From: Macrostomum lignano
Lineage: Eukaryota
DNA length: 64,000 bases
NCBI GenBank assembly: GCA_002269645.1
Contig: NIVC01004114.1
Coordinates: forward strand, 49,548 to 113,547
Direction of reading: 5' to 3'
Below the pieces are notes generated by a model. It was given only the letters and a program-made list of their open reading frames with translations, searched no databases and was not told where the DNA came from. Numbering within the stretch: position 1 is the stretch's first letter; each line of letters opens with the position of its first letter. Positions 50,919-62,249 of this stretch are shown here, piece by piece. A program made the translations under genes and the position numbers.

Positions 50919-52591
50919 CTAGAAAAGGCCTAATCTACATGCGCTAAGGCAGCAAAGAGGGGTGAAAATACTTTTCTATTTGTCCAACTAGCGATTGGAC
51001 ACTGCATGGCTACAGCCCTGCCACCATGCGGACTACTATAGCCGTCAGTAAAGCAGAGCTTCGCTTCGGGACAGCGCCTTAATGGCAGGGCTAATGCATC
51101 TGGCAGCCTCCGGTGGTGTGCAGTCCCCAATCCGGAAGAAGCTCGCGGTGCTGCCGCAGCTAGGCAAGAACTACTCAGGTAAAGAAGAACGGGAAGCGAT
51201 GTTTCTTGGAAAATTTTGAAGCAGGTTTCACCCGAAAAATAGCTCGTACGGGTGTTTTTTCATCTCCATAAGAATTAAGATCAAGGACCACTAGGAACAC
51301 TTTGTTATTGATTAAGATTTTTGATGGGTTTCGACCTTTCAGGCCCCTTGTGAGGAAGCCTTCGGGCCTCAGGCTCAGAAACGAATCACTAAGAGACCTG
51401 GCCCCCACTCCTGTCAGATGGTCAGCCCCATGGTAGCTTGATCGTGTGGCGAGCAGTCTAGGTCCTATAGCTAAGAGAGGGACAGCGAGAGACGAGCAGG
51501 GAGAATTTCGAAGGTAGAAATTAGCTAATCCGCAGATCAACTAACTCGCTGCCACCAGCCCGTGCGCCCTGGCTCACCACACCGGGGCTCTCGAAATCGG
51601 GCTTCCGACTAGAAGGGCTTTGCACTTACCTGCCAACTAGTGTCTTTTTGCTGTCAATCTCGAAGTCATAGCCGATGATAAGGGACACTGCTGGGACTAG
51701 ATCGCATTGGCCATGCAGGTACAGAGGGGACTTGTGCAGGGGATTCTTGCAGTGGCGAGACTATGGGGTAGCTACATGTACTATTACATTGCTAAATACG
51801 AAGAATTGTTCTTTTGGCCCTCAACGCGCCAACTAGCCTCTCATAGCGCTGATGATAGACTAACTCGAACTTCAGAGACCGCATGATTCATTACCCGAGC
51901 CGCTTGGCTAACCTGGAGTGCACAAAGTACATCTCTGGCGCCGATTCTGCACTTCTGGCAGTTTTGCTCACTGATTTGATTGATTGATCGACTGAGAACC
52001 GCCTTGCCATTGGTCCACTGTGACCGGCGCCTACTAGCTTAGCTACTCATCTGAGCCATCGGTGAACAAAGAAATAAAACCGATAAAAATAACTGTCAGA
52101 TTTAACCTTCTCCTTAGATCACTTCACACTTCAGATTGAATTGGAGCTTCAGACTACTAGCAGTATTATTGAATGATTTCTGCCTCAGCAACAGCACTAC
52201 TGAACAAAATGAGCAAAAGTGTGCGCCTAATTCAGCTACTGCAACAGGGGACAGATAAGGGATCACCCAATCAAGCAAGTCTAGATAGCCTCTCACCCAA
52301 CCAATCAGAAACTCAACAGCCGGTGACCAGGTAATCCACAGTGACCGAATCGGCTTGATGCCCTGCAGCTGTAGACTCGGGATGATGCTGTCACAGTCTT
52401 CGCTGTTAGCTAGCAGGTGATGCTCTTCTCTTGATGTTCGCTGCTGATGACCGGGGGACTCGTCCTTGATGATGATGGGGGGAGTCGCAATCCGGGGATC
52501 AAGAAACGACGGTCAGGCCGGGGAAAGAGTTCCTGGCCGAGAGCAAGCGAAAAGTTACGAAGTTGCAATCCGAGCGGGCCAAAAACTCCGG

Positions 52592-52723
52592 TTTAAATAG
52601 CCGCCAACTGGACCGCAGTTTTTTATAATGGAACACGTCGATTCTGATTGGCTGAGCCGTTTTGTTAAAATGAGCGCCGAATTTTCTGATTGGCTAAGCT
52701 TGTTGCCACCCAGAATCACGTGA
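52592..52723 (-). promoter_or_regulatory. Promoter-like cassette: E-box, two AGCCAATCAG boxes, TATTTAAA
   Basis: Minus strand: TCACGTGA 52723-52716, AGCCAATCAG 52695-52686 and 52653-52644, TATTTAAA 52599-52592. Confidence 0.4.
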
Positions 52724-53929
52724 CCGAGAGATCCTATCAGTTCCCACAGGGTCGTAAAAAGATGACAGGTGCGGCCATAAATCACTCAAAATCGCAACAA
52801 AATGATTTATGACTTTTCGCGTAGGATTGACAGAAATTATTGAAAAAATATACATTAGAAAGCTCTTATTAAATAGAAAGTGAAGATAATGAAGAGAAAT
52901 TGCTAATCGCTAATCCCAAAGTACTTTAAGGGGTAAAACGCATAGCTGTCAAAGCTGTCACACGCTTGAGTGAACCCGAACAATAGGCTCTGACCTCATA
53001 AATCTTGATGGCCTGTCAAAATGATGAGAAAAAAGCTACCGCCCGCATCCTCTCAGACCATCTGGCGCCCGTCTCAACACTGAGTGAGGCGCAGGTGGCT
53101 GTCAGACCAGCTTCGAAAGCGATGATTTATGACCCAAAAAGCAACGCCTATGTTATTATGACTACTAGTATGGCCAGACATTATATCTAGTATAGATTTT
53201 ATGACTATTCGCAGAAAAAGGATAAAAATGCCCATCGCCCACTGTTAGTAGGCTAGTAAGTTTAGAGCCCATGTGCTGGCGCGGGATTTGGGAAAAAGTG
53301 CGTCCTCATCATTTTACTCTTAGATAGGATACTGCCATTTAACTGCGAAGATTTCAGTTAGGGCTTAGTTAGCAGCGGTTATCCGGCATACTCGCATTGT
53401 CCAGTGAAACTAAACTCAAGTGAAGTTCAGTAGGTTGAAAAATTGTACCCTACTTAGTTTTGTGGTGAATTTTTTAAAGTGAAATAAATTAATTTCCTGC
53501 GCAATAAATAAAACAAATGCAACAAGTACTACCATATTGCTGATAAGTAGTAAGTCTCAGATCGTGGCGCAAAAAATACGGTCACTGTTGATGATTTTAA
53601 TTAAAACAAAAAACATATAATAGTACATGATGCAACTAAATTCAACTGATGGTAATAAAATATTGTACTACAGGAAAAAATAGTAAATCAGCTGCATTCG
53701 AAATTTGAGAATTTGATTTCTTGTGAAGATTTTAACAATAATGAAATAAACTGTTTATAATTACTATTAAAATAAGTTCCAACACCCAATAAGCTTCAAG
53801 CAAAGGCAAAGGCAAGCGATAAATAATAAAAAAAACAAAAAACCAAACGTGCAGACTGGGACAACGCATTTGTTTAAAATTGAAAATTGTTTTTTTTCAA
53901 CAAAAAAGCCCTACATAAGTTGATTACGC

Positions 53930-54350
53930 TACATATCGGCAAAAATCACTCCGAACTTTTCTAGACCACACAATGCATAATCTAATCTAACCCTAACCCT
54001 AACCCTAACCCTAATCTAATATCTAAAATTAGTAGGTATCTAAAATTAGTAAGGTCTAAAATTTAGTAGAAGCAAAAAAAGCTCATTACGATACATATCG
54101 GCAAAAATAGTTACAAACCTTCAGGCTGGTAAAAATGTTTTCGATACATATCGGCAAAAAAACTTTACAAACCTTCGGGCTAAAACTATTTCCGCTACAG
54201 ATCGGTAAATAACAAACTTACGGGCTAATAAAATTATTTTCGATACATATCGGCAAAAAACCCTACAAACCTTCAGGCTAAAACTATTTCCGCTACATAT
54301 CGGTAATACGTGCTAATAAAACTATTTTCGATACATATCGGCAAAGAAAA
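53930..54350. repeat. Array of (C)GATACATATCGG modules with an embedded (TAACCC)4 telomere-type tract near 53987-54012
   Basis: About seven motif copies plus CTAACC CTAACC CTAACC CTAACC. Confidence 0.75.
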
Positions 54351-54444
54351 AAGTTTATAAAAGCGCTACATGCTAAGCTACAGACAGCTTTAGCAATCGG
54401 TTATTGTTGCTGTCGGTTGCTTGTTGAGAATTTAATCCTCCGAC

Positions 54445-55863
54445 TCAAGCCTCCGAAGTGGAGCCTCTCCTGTCCTGCTGCTGAGATCGCTTGGCAGCCA
54501 GCAGGCGCTGCTGCAAGCCAGCGGCGAATCTCTTCGCTCCCGGGCCCGTGAGCGACTGCGTCGCCGACACTCCCGGCAGAGCCGACGACGACGACGGAGC
54601 GCCGACGGCAGCGGCACCGACGCCGGTCTCAATAGCATTCTCGTGCTCGCTCTCCGACATGCGACGTCGAATGAGAGGCCGACGCGGCCTGAGCAGCATG
54701 CCTTCGAGTAGACGCATTGTGTCGGACTCGGACGCCGAACCGGCGCTCGAAGTTCGACGCCGATTGGCACCAGGATGCTGCGGCTGAAGAAGAGATGAGA
54801 ATAGCGAGGCTCTTTAGTCTTTATGTCGCGCTATGTAGCATGGTCTCTAAAGGTCAGAGTCTTAAAGAGGCCCCACAACAGCTCATTTAGGTCCCGTGAT
54901 TATTTATTTATAGGCTTTACAAAGACACATTTAGGTCGAAAGAGGATTCCTATAAGTCCCGTGAGGACACATTTAGATAGGTCTTGTGAGGACTCATTTA
55001 TAGGATTCGTGAGCAGTCATTTAGATACCGTGAGGAGTCATTTAGATCCCGTGAGGAGTCATTTAGATCCCGTGAGGAGTCATTTAGTTCCCGTGAGGAC
55101 TTTTTTATAGGCTTCGTGAGGACTCATTTAGGTCCCGTGAAGAGTAATTTAGGTCTTGTGAGAGCTCATTTATATGATTAATGAGGAGTCATTTAAATCC
55201 CGTGAGGAGTCATTTAGGTCCCGTGATGACACATTTAGATGGCGTGAGGACTCATTTATAGGCTTCATGAAGAGTCATTTAGGTCCCGTGAGGACTCATT
55301 TAGATCCCGTGAGGACTCATTTAGGTCCAGTAAGGACTCATTTAGGTCCAGTAAGGACTCATTTATAGGCTTCGTAAGGACTCATTCAGGTCTCATAAGA
55401 TGTGACTGCGTTCACCCGTGTGGGTCTCAGCTCTTACCTGCTGACCATGATCGGCCGGCGCTTTGATCAGTTCGCACTGCACACCGGCATCGGACATTGT
55501 GGAGACTGTCATTGCGGCAGCGGCGGCGGCGGCGGCAGCGGCCTGGCCGTTGGCCGGAGTAGCAGCGGCGCCAGTGGCCTTCTCGATGTCGACAGCGCCA
55601 CTGTCTGCGCCAGCGGCGGTGCCGTCAGCTTCAAGATGACCGGCGCCGCCAGGGCCGCTTAAAATTTTATGACGCTTAGCGCGTCGCAAGCCGGGATCGT
55701 CAATATACAGCAGCAGAGCCTGTACCAAGGCGAACACCAGAGTGCCTAGTAAGGGGGCGGTGATGTTTACCCACAGGGGCCAGTAGGCCAGGTCCTGCGG
55801 CCTCGGAGGCGTCTGAGTAGTTGTCCAGGCAACGCTCGGCGAGTTTGGAGCTTCGGTAGCCAT
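54445..55863 (-). CDS. Single-pass membrane protein, paralog A; exons 55863-55438 and 54783-54445 (about 254 aa)
   Basis: TM segment YWPLWVNITAPLLGTLVFALVQALLLYIDDP; donor CAG|GTAAGA and acceptor CTTCTTCAG|CCG in phase 0; GC-rich exons. Confidence 0.72.
54880..55392. repeat. 21-bp minisatellite (TTAGGTCCCGTGAGGACTCAT)n filling the paralog A intron
   Basis: Tandem repeat with variants. Confidence 0.92.
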
Positions 55864-55911
55864 ACGGTTTGTTAGGGTAGACTAGCATGAAATGCAGGTA
55901 TCAAAATAGTG

Positions 55912-56240
55912 TTTTCGATACATATCGGTAGCCAGTTTGGGGATCATATGATTCAACTAGCTAGGACGAGTGTAAACATAGTTTTCGATACATATCGGTA
56001 CCCATTTTAGGGATCACATGATCCAATTAGCTAGGACGAGTGTAAATATAGTCTTCGATACATATCGGTAGCCATTTAGGGATCACATGATTCAATTAGA
56101 TAGAACGAGTGTAAATATAGTCTTCGATACATATCGGTAGCCTTTTAGGGATCACATGATTCAATTAGATAGAACGAGTGTAAATATAGTCTTCGATACA
56201 TATCGGTAGCCTTTTAGGGATGGTATGGTTCAACTAGCTA
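55912..56240. repeat. 69-70-bp tandem repeat containing TTCGATACATATCGGTA, about 5 copies
   Basis: Motif recurs at 55914, 55984, 56054, 56123, 56192. Confidence 0.92.
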
Positions 56241-56666
56241 GGAAAAGTTTAAACATAAACAATAAACAAACTAGCTAGGACTGGTTTAAATATATATTTT
56301 AATGTATACCGTAGGCATTAAAGTACTGATGGTAACTCTTACAGATAAGGCATTTAGTAATAAATAGATGAAAATGCAAGTTATCACAGCCAAAAGCTAA
56401 GAATACATTATAAGCACAGTGATTTTTCGATACTAAGTAAAACAAAACGGAATGTAATTTTAAATCACTGCTTTCAATTTATAATAATACACTAATTCGT
56501 CTTATCAGGCATGATTGAATCAATTTATCATAGGTATAGATAAGACTAAGATATTGGGAAAAAACATACACAATTAGAACTCAGATGCAATTAAAACTGT
56601 CATGAAGCGAAAGATTGGATTAGTGAAAACTGAAAATGGTTGCTAGGATCTTTAAATAGGCTTAAA

Positions 56667-57554
56667 CTAATTAAATAGGCGGTGCCTAAACAGCGGATTC
56701 ACAATTAGAGACAATGGGCTTGTTGGTAGCGATTGCACTACAAGATCTGGGCTTAGGACGAGGAGGACGAATGTACACTGGGGCTGGGGAGAGCCGGAGG
56801 GGTCTGGCTGGGGACGAGTGTACACTGGGGCTGGGTGAGAGCCGGAGGGGTCGGGCTGGGGACGAGTGTACACTGGGGCTGGGTGAGAGCCGGAGGGGTC
56901 TGGCTGGGGACGAGTGTACACTGGGGCTGGGTGAGAGCCGGAGGGGTCGGGCTGGGGACGAGTGTACACTGGGGCTGGGTGAGAGCCGGAGGGGTCGGGC
57001 TGGGGACGAGTGTACACTGGGGCTGGGTGAGAGCCGGAGGGGTCTGGCTGGGGACGAGTGTACACTGGGGCTGGGTGAGAGCCGGAGGGGTCGGGCTGGG
57101 GACGAGTGTACACTGGGGCTGGGTGAGAGCCGGAGGGGTCTGGCTGGGGACGAGTGTACACTGGGGCTGGGTGACGCATGCCGCTGGAACGCGAATAGTA
57201 CACTGGGCGTAGATGAGGATTAGTTGACGATCTTTGCACTCGCCGTCGAGAAGGCAAGTGAGCTCGGTGAGCCCCAGAGCGAATGCCATTCGACTGCTTT
57301 CTAACACCATTTCTGCCGGCTTTTAAAGTGCCTAGTTTGCTATCGCGAATTTTACGTTTGACAGAAGTTTTTCGTTGCTGCTTAATTCGCCTGAGCCCGG
57401 GATCGTCAATGTATAGCAGGAGCAATTGGACAAGTACAAAGGCCAGAGTGCCCAGCAACGGGGCGGCAACGTTTACCCACAGAGGCCAATAAGCCGCTTC
57501 TTGGGGTCTGGGCGTCTTTGAAGTTGTCCAAGTCTCCGCTGCTTCCGTAAGCAT
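56667..57554 (-). CDS. Single-pass membrane protein, paralog B (3' end uncertain; frame runs through a 48-bp minisatellite)
   Basis: MLTEAAETWTT..PRPQEAAYWPLWVNVAAPLLGTLAFVLVQLLLLYIDDPGLRR aligns with paralog A. Confidence 0.6.
   Translation of the reverse strand: MLTEAAETWTTSKTPRPQEAAYWPLWVNVAAPLLGTLAFVLVQLLLLYIDDPGLRRIKQQRKTSVKRKIRDSKLGTLKAGRNGVRKQSNGIRSGAHRAHLPSRRRVQRSSTNPHLRPVYYSRSSGMRHPAPVYTRPQPDPSGSHPAPVYTRPQPDPSGSHPAPVYTRPQPDPSGSHPAPVYTRPQPDPSGSHPAPVYTRPQPDPSGSHPAPVYTRPQPDPSGSHPAPVYTRPQPDPSGSHPAPVYTRPQPDPSGSPQPQCTFVLLVLSPDLVVQSLPTSPLSLIVNPLFRHRLFN
56768..57175. repeat. 48-bp minisatellite (GAGTGTACACTGGGGCTGGGTGAGAGCCGGAGGGGTC(T/G)GGCTGGGGAC)n
   Basis: About 8 tandem copies. Confidence 0.96.
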
Positions 57555-57664
57555 ATTTATTATTAAATTCATAAACATCAGCCGATGTTAGCTGAAAACA
57601 AATAAAAGAGAATTTCTGAACTATTTTAGGATAAATATATAGACTACGATATTATACAGTATTA

Positions 57665-58025
57665 TTAGTCACCCAACCTCATCAGGAGCCACCCCATCTC
57701 GTAAGGAGTCACCCGACCTCATCAGGAGCCACCCCATCTCGTAAAAAGTCACCCAACCTCATCAGGAGCCACCCCATCTCGTCAGGGGTTACCTAACCTC
57801 ATCAGGAGCCACCCCATCTCGTCAGGGGTCATTAACCTCATCAGGAGCCACCCCATCTCGTCAGGGGTTACCTAACCTCATCAGGAGCCACCCCATCTCG
57901 TCAGGGGTCATTAACCTCATCAGGAGCCACCCCATCTCGTCAGGGGTCATTAACCTCATCAGGAGCCACCCCATCTCGTCAGGGGTCATTAACCTCATCA
58001 GGAGTCACCCCACCTCGCCAGGAGC
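57665..58025. repeat. 39-40-bp minisatellite (ACCTCATCAGGAGCCACCCCATCTCGTCAGGGG...)n
   Basis: Tandem repeat. Confidence 0.95.
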
Positions 58026-58599
58026 CATCTGTTTCTGAATACTTGGTTGGTTATTATAAAATATGCTTAATTACTTATTATACAAAATAAACAGACGAGC
58101 AGACACAACAATGTACTTTTTACTTCTAACACAAAAAATCATTTACAACGCAAAATGTTTCGTACATACTACTCGTGAGAACTAATGTTTCCACCAAATT
58201 AAATTTTTTAATTAAATACACATTACTTAGAGAGTCACTATTAATTAATAAAATGTAAATTAGATTACGGACGCAAAACTTATTAGAAGCCAAAATACCC
58301 AAGACTGACATTATAACGGAAAAAAACAGGAGACTTTCTATTTAAAGTTTAGTAATATCGTGAAGAAATTACAAGATTATCAAATCAGTTTCCAAAACAA
58401 ATATTTAATCAAGCAAAACGAGAGTTAAGAGAAATCTAGGTAATAAGACCCTTTGGCAGACAATTAATGTCAGTAAGGAAAATTTAACAAAACCAATCGA
58501 TAAACTAACAGACATAGCTTAACAATTCAATAGCACGTTGACAAACATTAATAAATATGTGATGCTACGGCTCCCACAAGTAGCTAAACTTGAGATAAA

Positions 58600-59596
58600 A
58601 GAGCGAGTGTGCACTGAGGTGGGGCTGGGGTCAGGGACAGTGTACACTGTGAGGTGGTGGGTGGGGTCAGGGAGAGAGGGAGAGAGTGTACACTGCGAGG
58701 TGGGGCCGGGGCTGGGATCAGGGAGAGAGAGTGTACACTGCGAGGTGGGGCCGGGGCTGGGATCAGGGAGAGAGTGTACACTGCGAGGTGGGGCCGGGGC
58801 TGGGATCAGGGAGAGAGTGTACACTGCGAGGTGGGACCGGGGCTGGGATCAGGGAGAGAGAGTGTACACTGCGAGGTGGGGCCGGGATCAGGGAGAGAGT
58901 GTACACTGCGAGGTGGGGCCGGGGCTGGGATCAGGGAGAGAGTGTACACTGTGAGGTGGGGCCGGGGCTGGGATCAGGGAGAGAGTGTACACTGCGAGGT
59001 GGGGCCGGGGCTGGGATCAGGGAGAGAGTGTACATTGCGAGGTGGGGCCGGGGCTGGGATCAGGGAGAGTGTACACTGCGAGGTGGGGCCGGGGCTGGGA
59101 TCAGGGAGAGAGTGTACACTGCGAGGTGGGGCCGGGGCTGGGATCAGGGAGAGAGTGTACACTGCGAGGTGGGGCCGGGGCTGGGATCAGGGAGAGAGTG
59201 TACACTGTGAGGTGGTGGGTGGGGCTGGGATCAGGGAGAGAGTGTACACTGCGAGGTGGGGCCGGGGCTGGGATCAGGGAGAGAGTGTACACTGCGAGGT
59301 GGGGCCGGGGCTGGGATCAGGGAGAGAGTGTACACTGTGAGGTGGGGCCGGGGCTGGGATCAGGGAGAGAGTGTACACTGCGAGGTGGGGCCGGGGCTGG
59401 GATCAGGGAGAGAGTGTACACTGTGAGGTGGGGCCGGGGCTGGGATCAGGGAGAGAGTGTACACTGCGAGGTGGGGCCGGGGCTGGGATCAGGGAGAGAG
59501 TGTACACTGTGAGGTGGTGGGTGGGGCTGGGATCAGGGAGAGAGTGTACACTGTGAGGTGGTGGGTGGGTCAGGGAGAGAGCGTACACTGTGAGGT
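58600..59596. repeat. 43-bp minisatellite (GAGAGTGTACACTGCGAGGTGGGGCCGGGGCTGGGATCAGGGA)n
   Basis: Tandem repeat; ORFs here are artefacts. Confidence 0.97.
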
Positions 59597-60877
59597 GAAA
59601 GCAATTGTGAGCCAAAAGTTTCCGGAATTTTTTCGAATCGAACTTTTAGTGAATTTTTGTCTATGGAAAAGCTTAAAAGCAGCTACCATCTACTATGCTG
59701 TTGGCCAGCCTTATCATCACTCTTTAGCTTAGCATCGATCAGTTTCCCAGACCCTCACATAAGCCAGCAAACGCATTCAATGGAACTGCCAAGAACTGAA
59801 TGGCAAGCAATTCTGCTCAGCCACTTTCATGCGGGACGCAACGCAGCCGAGGCACATCGCGAGTTGTTGCAGCTGATGGGCCCACATGCACCCTCCAAGT
59901 CATCGGTGTACGAGTGGTTCTCTTGCTTTGCTGAGGAGAACTTTGAGTTGCAGGACAAGCCGAGGTCAGGCCGACCCCCTGCTGCTTGCTGATGGCAATG
60001 CCGTTCGCCAAGCCCTTGAGGACACTCCGGACTACAGCGTGCGCAAGCTACCAGCTGCTACTGGGGTGTCCTGTGGCACGGTCCGGCGGAGCCTGCATGC
60101 TGCGGACAAGGTGGCGAAGAAGTCAACTCTGGTGCCCCATGAGCTGACGCCTCAGAAGCTGAGAGCCAGGGTGCATGTGGCGACTTCGAATCTTCGCCAG
60201 GCCGGTTCGCCAAACTTTCTCAAGTCGATAATTGCTCAAGACGAGAAGTGGGTCTGCTATGAGAACCCAAGCACATCAGCCGTCTGGGTCGATGCTTCTG
60301 AAGAACCACCCAGCTGCCCAATGCGGAACCCCACTGCGGCAAGGAGCTTCATTCTTTCTGTATCTGCTCGTCTGGCCCTGTTTTCTGGGAGGTCATCCCG
60401 CGTGGCATGGCTGTGAACGCGGAGGTGATCTGCAGCGAACTGGAGCAGGTCGCCCGTTTGCTGCGATCCGTGCCCGGGGCACCGCGACAAGGTGCTCCTC
60501 TTCGACAATGCGCGGCCTCACAAAGCAAGACTCACCCAGGCCAAGCTGGCAAGCCTGGGCTTCAGTGTTTTGTCCCACCCAACATACTCGCCAGACATCT
60601 CGCCATGCGACTACCGTGTGTTCAGGTCTCTCCAGAGCTTTTGTGATGCACAGCGGTTCGCCAACAAGCAACATGTGGAGCAGGCAGTGCAGAAATGGAT
60701 AGATTCAAGGCCTGCGAGCTTCTGGAGGGAGGGAATCGAGGCATTGCCAGCAAGATGGGAGAGGGTCAGGGCCTTGAATGGCAACTACATCACATCGCTG
60801 TAAACTGTTTGTTCTTGACACTATTTGTTATAGTTTTAAATTGTTCAAATTCCGGAAACTTTTGGCTAATACTTTAA
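59597..60877 (+). mobile_element. Mariner (DD34D) transposon with frameshifted transposase (about 59780-60803)
   Basis: TIR core AGCCAAAAGTTTCCGGAATTT at both ends; HTH ...EWF..F....FELQDKPRSGRP, LVPHELT, DEKWVCYEN, FDNARPH, YSPDISPCDY (34-residue spacing); about three frameshifts. Confidence 0.93.
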
Positions 60878-61519
60878 AGCACTAGAAAGTGAAAAAGCAG
60901 ATCAGAGGCAGAATATTTCAGAAATTAAAATAAATTTAGCTATAATTGTATGATTACATGCGGACAACAGTTTAACTATTGAATACTCGTATTTTAACCC
61001 TTAGAGATTTCATTGAGTTTTCATTTTAAATTCCACAAAAGTCATCAATCAGTTAAATTTGAACACTGCTAAAAGTTTTAAGAAAATAAACAGAAAATTG
61101 ATTTAGAAATAAAACCGGATAAGCTAATAAAATGTTAATAAAATATGGCGTTCTCAACCAAGCTAATAACAAAACGATGCTGATATCTAAGCAGTTTACA
61201 ATGCTATAAACAAGATTAATTTATTAAATAATAACCTAGGAGAACAAAAATATTGAAATCAGAGCATATATCACCAGGCATTTCAATGAATTATGAATCA
61301 AGTTGTTGTTTAAAACAGAATTAATAATAGCACAGTGTTTAAGACTTAAGCAATTAGTTTTGGTTACACCACTAGATCGTGTACTTTATCTGCAAGAAAC
61401 GATCTAAAAGTACATCAGGTTACAAAGAAAATACGGTAGTGATTGATGCTTCTAAAAGTACATATGCACTAAAGACCCAAATATATACAACTCTAAAAGC
61501 ACACAAGACCCGGCACATA

Positions 61520-61790
61520 AGGATCCCCAGATAGAAGACTCTAAAAGTACACAGCACCCTACACTTAAGGATCCAGATAGAAGACTCTTAAAGTACACAA
61601 CACCCTGCACTTAAGGATCCCCAGATAGAAGACTCTTAAAGTACACAACACCCTGCACTTAAGGATCCCCAGATAGAAGACTCTTAAAGTACACAAGACC
61701 CTGCACTTAAGGATCCCCAGATAGAAGACTCTTAAAGTACACAACACCCTGCACCTAAGGACCCAAATAGGTGACTCTAAAAGTACACAA
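61520..61790. repeat. 48-bp minisatellite (AAGGATCCCCAGATAGAAGACTCTTAAAGTACACAACACCCTGCACTT)n
   Basis: Tandem repeat. Confidence 0.93.
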
Positions 61791-62011
61791 GCTAGTATCT
61801 AGGGCAGTTTAGATAGAGACTTCGAATTGGACAAAGTGAGTGAAATTAAGATTGACTACCTCTATGGCAGAATTTGATTCTTTAAGCAAGTTTCTATGGC
61901 AAAAAGCTGACTAATTGCACTCATTTCGTCTAGTTTACCTTTAACAAATCAGAAGATAAAAAGGGAAATAATATGTAGTTACTCGACCAGCTAAGTCGAC
62001 CTCACTTATGT

Positions 62012-62249
62012 TTACTTTCTTCGATTATTAAAGGGTCCACCGCCGCCGCCACCGCCGCGCCAACTACCCCGGTAGTGCTGCCGAGACGGTTGAAAACCAG
62101 CCGATGGCATGGGAGGCCCGCCGCCGCCTCGATAAATAGCAGTAGAAGCCGCGTGCTGCTGCTGCTGCTGCTGTCGCTGAGCCGGCTGAACTCCCACCGT
62201 TCCAATGGGGGTATGGGAGGACCACCGGCTTCGCCTCCTCCGTTGCCGC
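62012..62249 (-). CDS. Probable terminal exon of an unidentified gene (R/Q/G-rich, RGG-like tail)
   Basis: Acceptor TTTTTCTATAG|G then GC-rich RQRRRRSRWSS...QQQQQQ...YRGGGGPP...RGSWRGGGGGGGPFNNRRK*. Reading frame not certain without the upstream exon. Confidence 0.45.

Noticed and set aside
51544-51560. Second tRNA-Leu PBS-like TGGTGGCAGCG on the minus strand
   Set aside because: Only 11 nt match, and it is not preceded by an LTR-like CA end or a matching repeat.
51630-52059. Decayed ORF whose stops could all be reverted to Q/R codons
   Set aside because: Every stop codon begins with T, so reversion is always possible. About seven stops in 140 codons is near random expectation, and there is no homology.
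52440-52520. CTGATGA suggesting a hammerhead ribozyme
   Set aside because: No stem II closed directly by GAAA, and no cleavage-site helix could be drawn.
53987-54012. Telomere or chromosome-fusion site
   Set aside because: Only four TAACCC units, embedded in a repeat module.
58519-59615. Many overlapping ORFs in the 43-bp array (likewise those in the 31.7, 32.6, 34.7, 36, 37.1 and 62.7 kb arrays)
   Set aside because: Translations are periodic products of minisatellites, with no start context or splice support.
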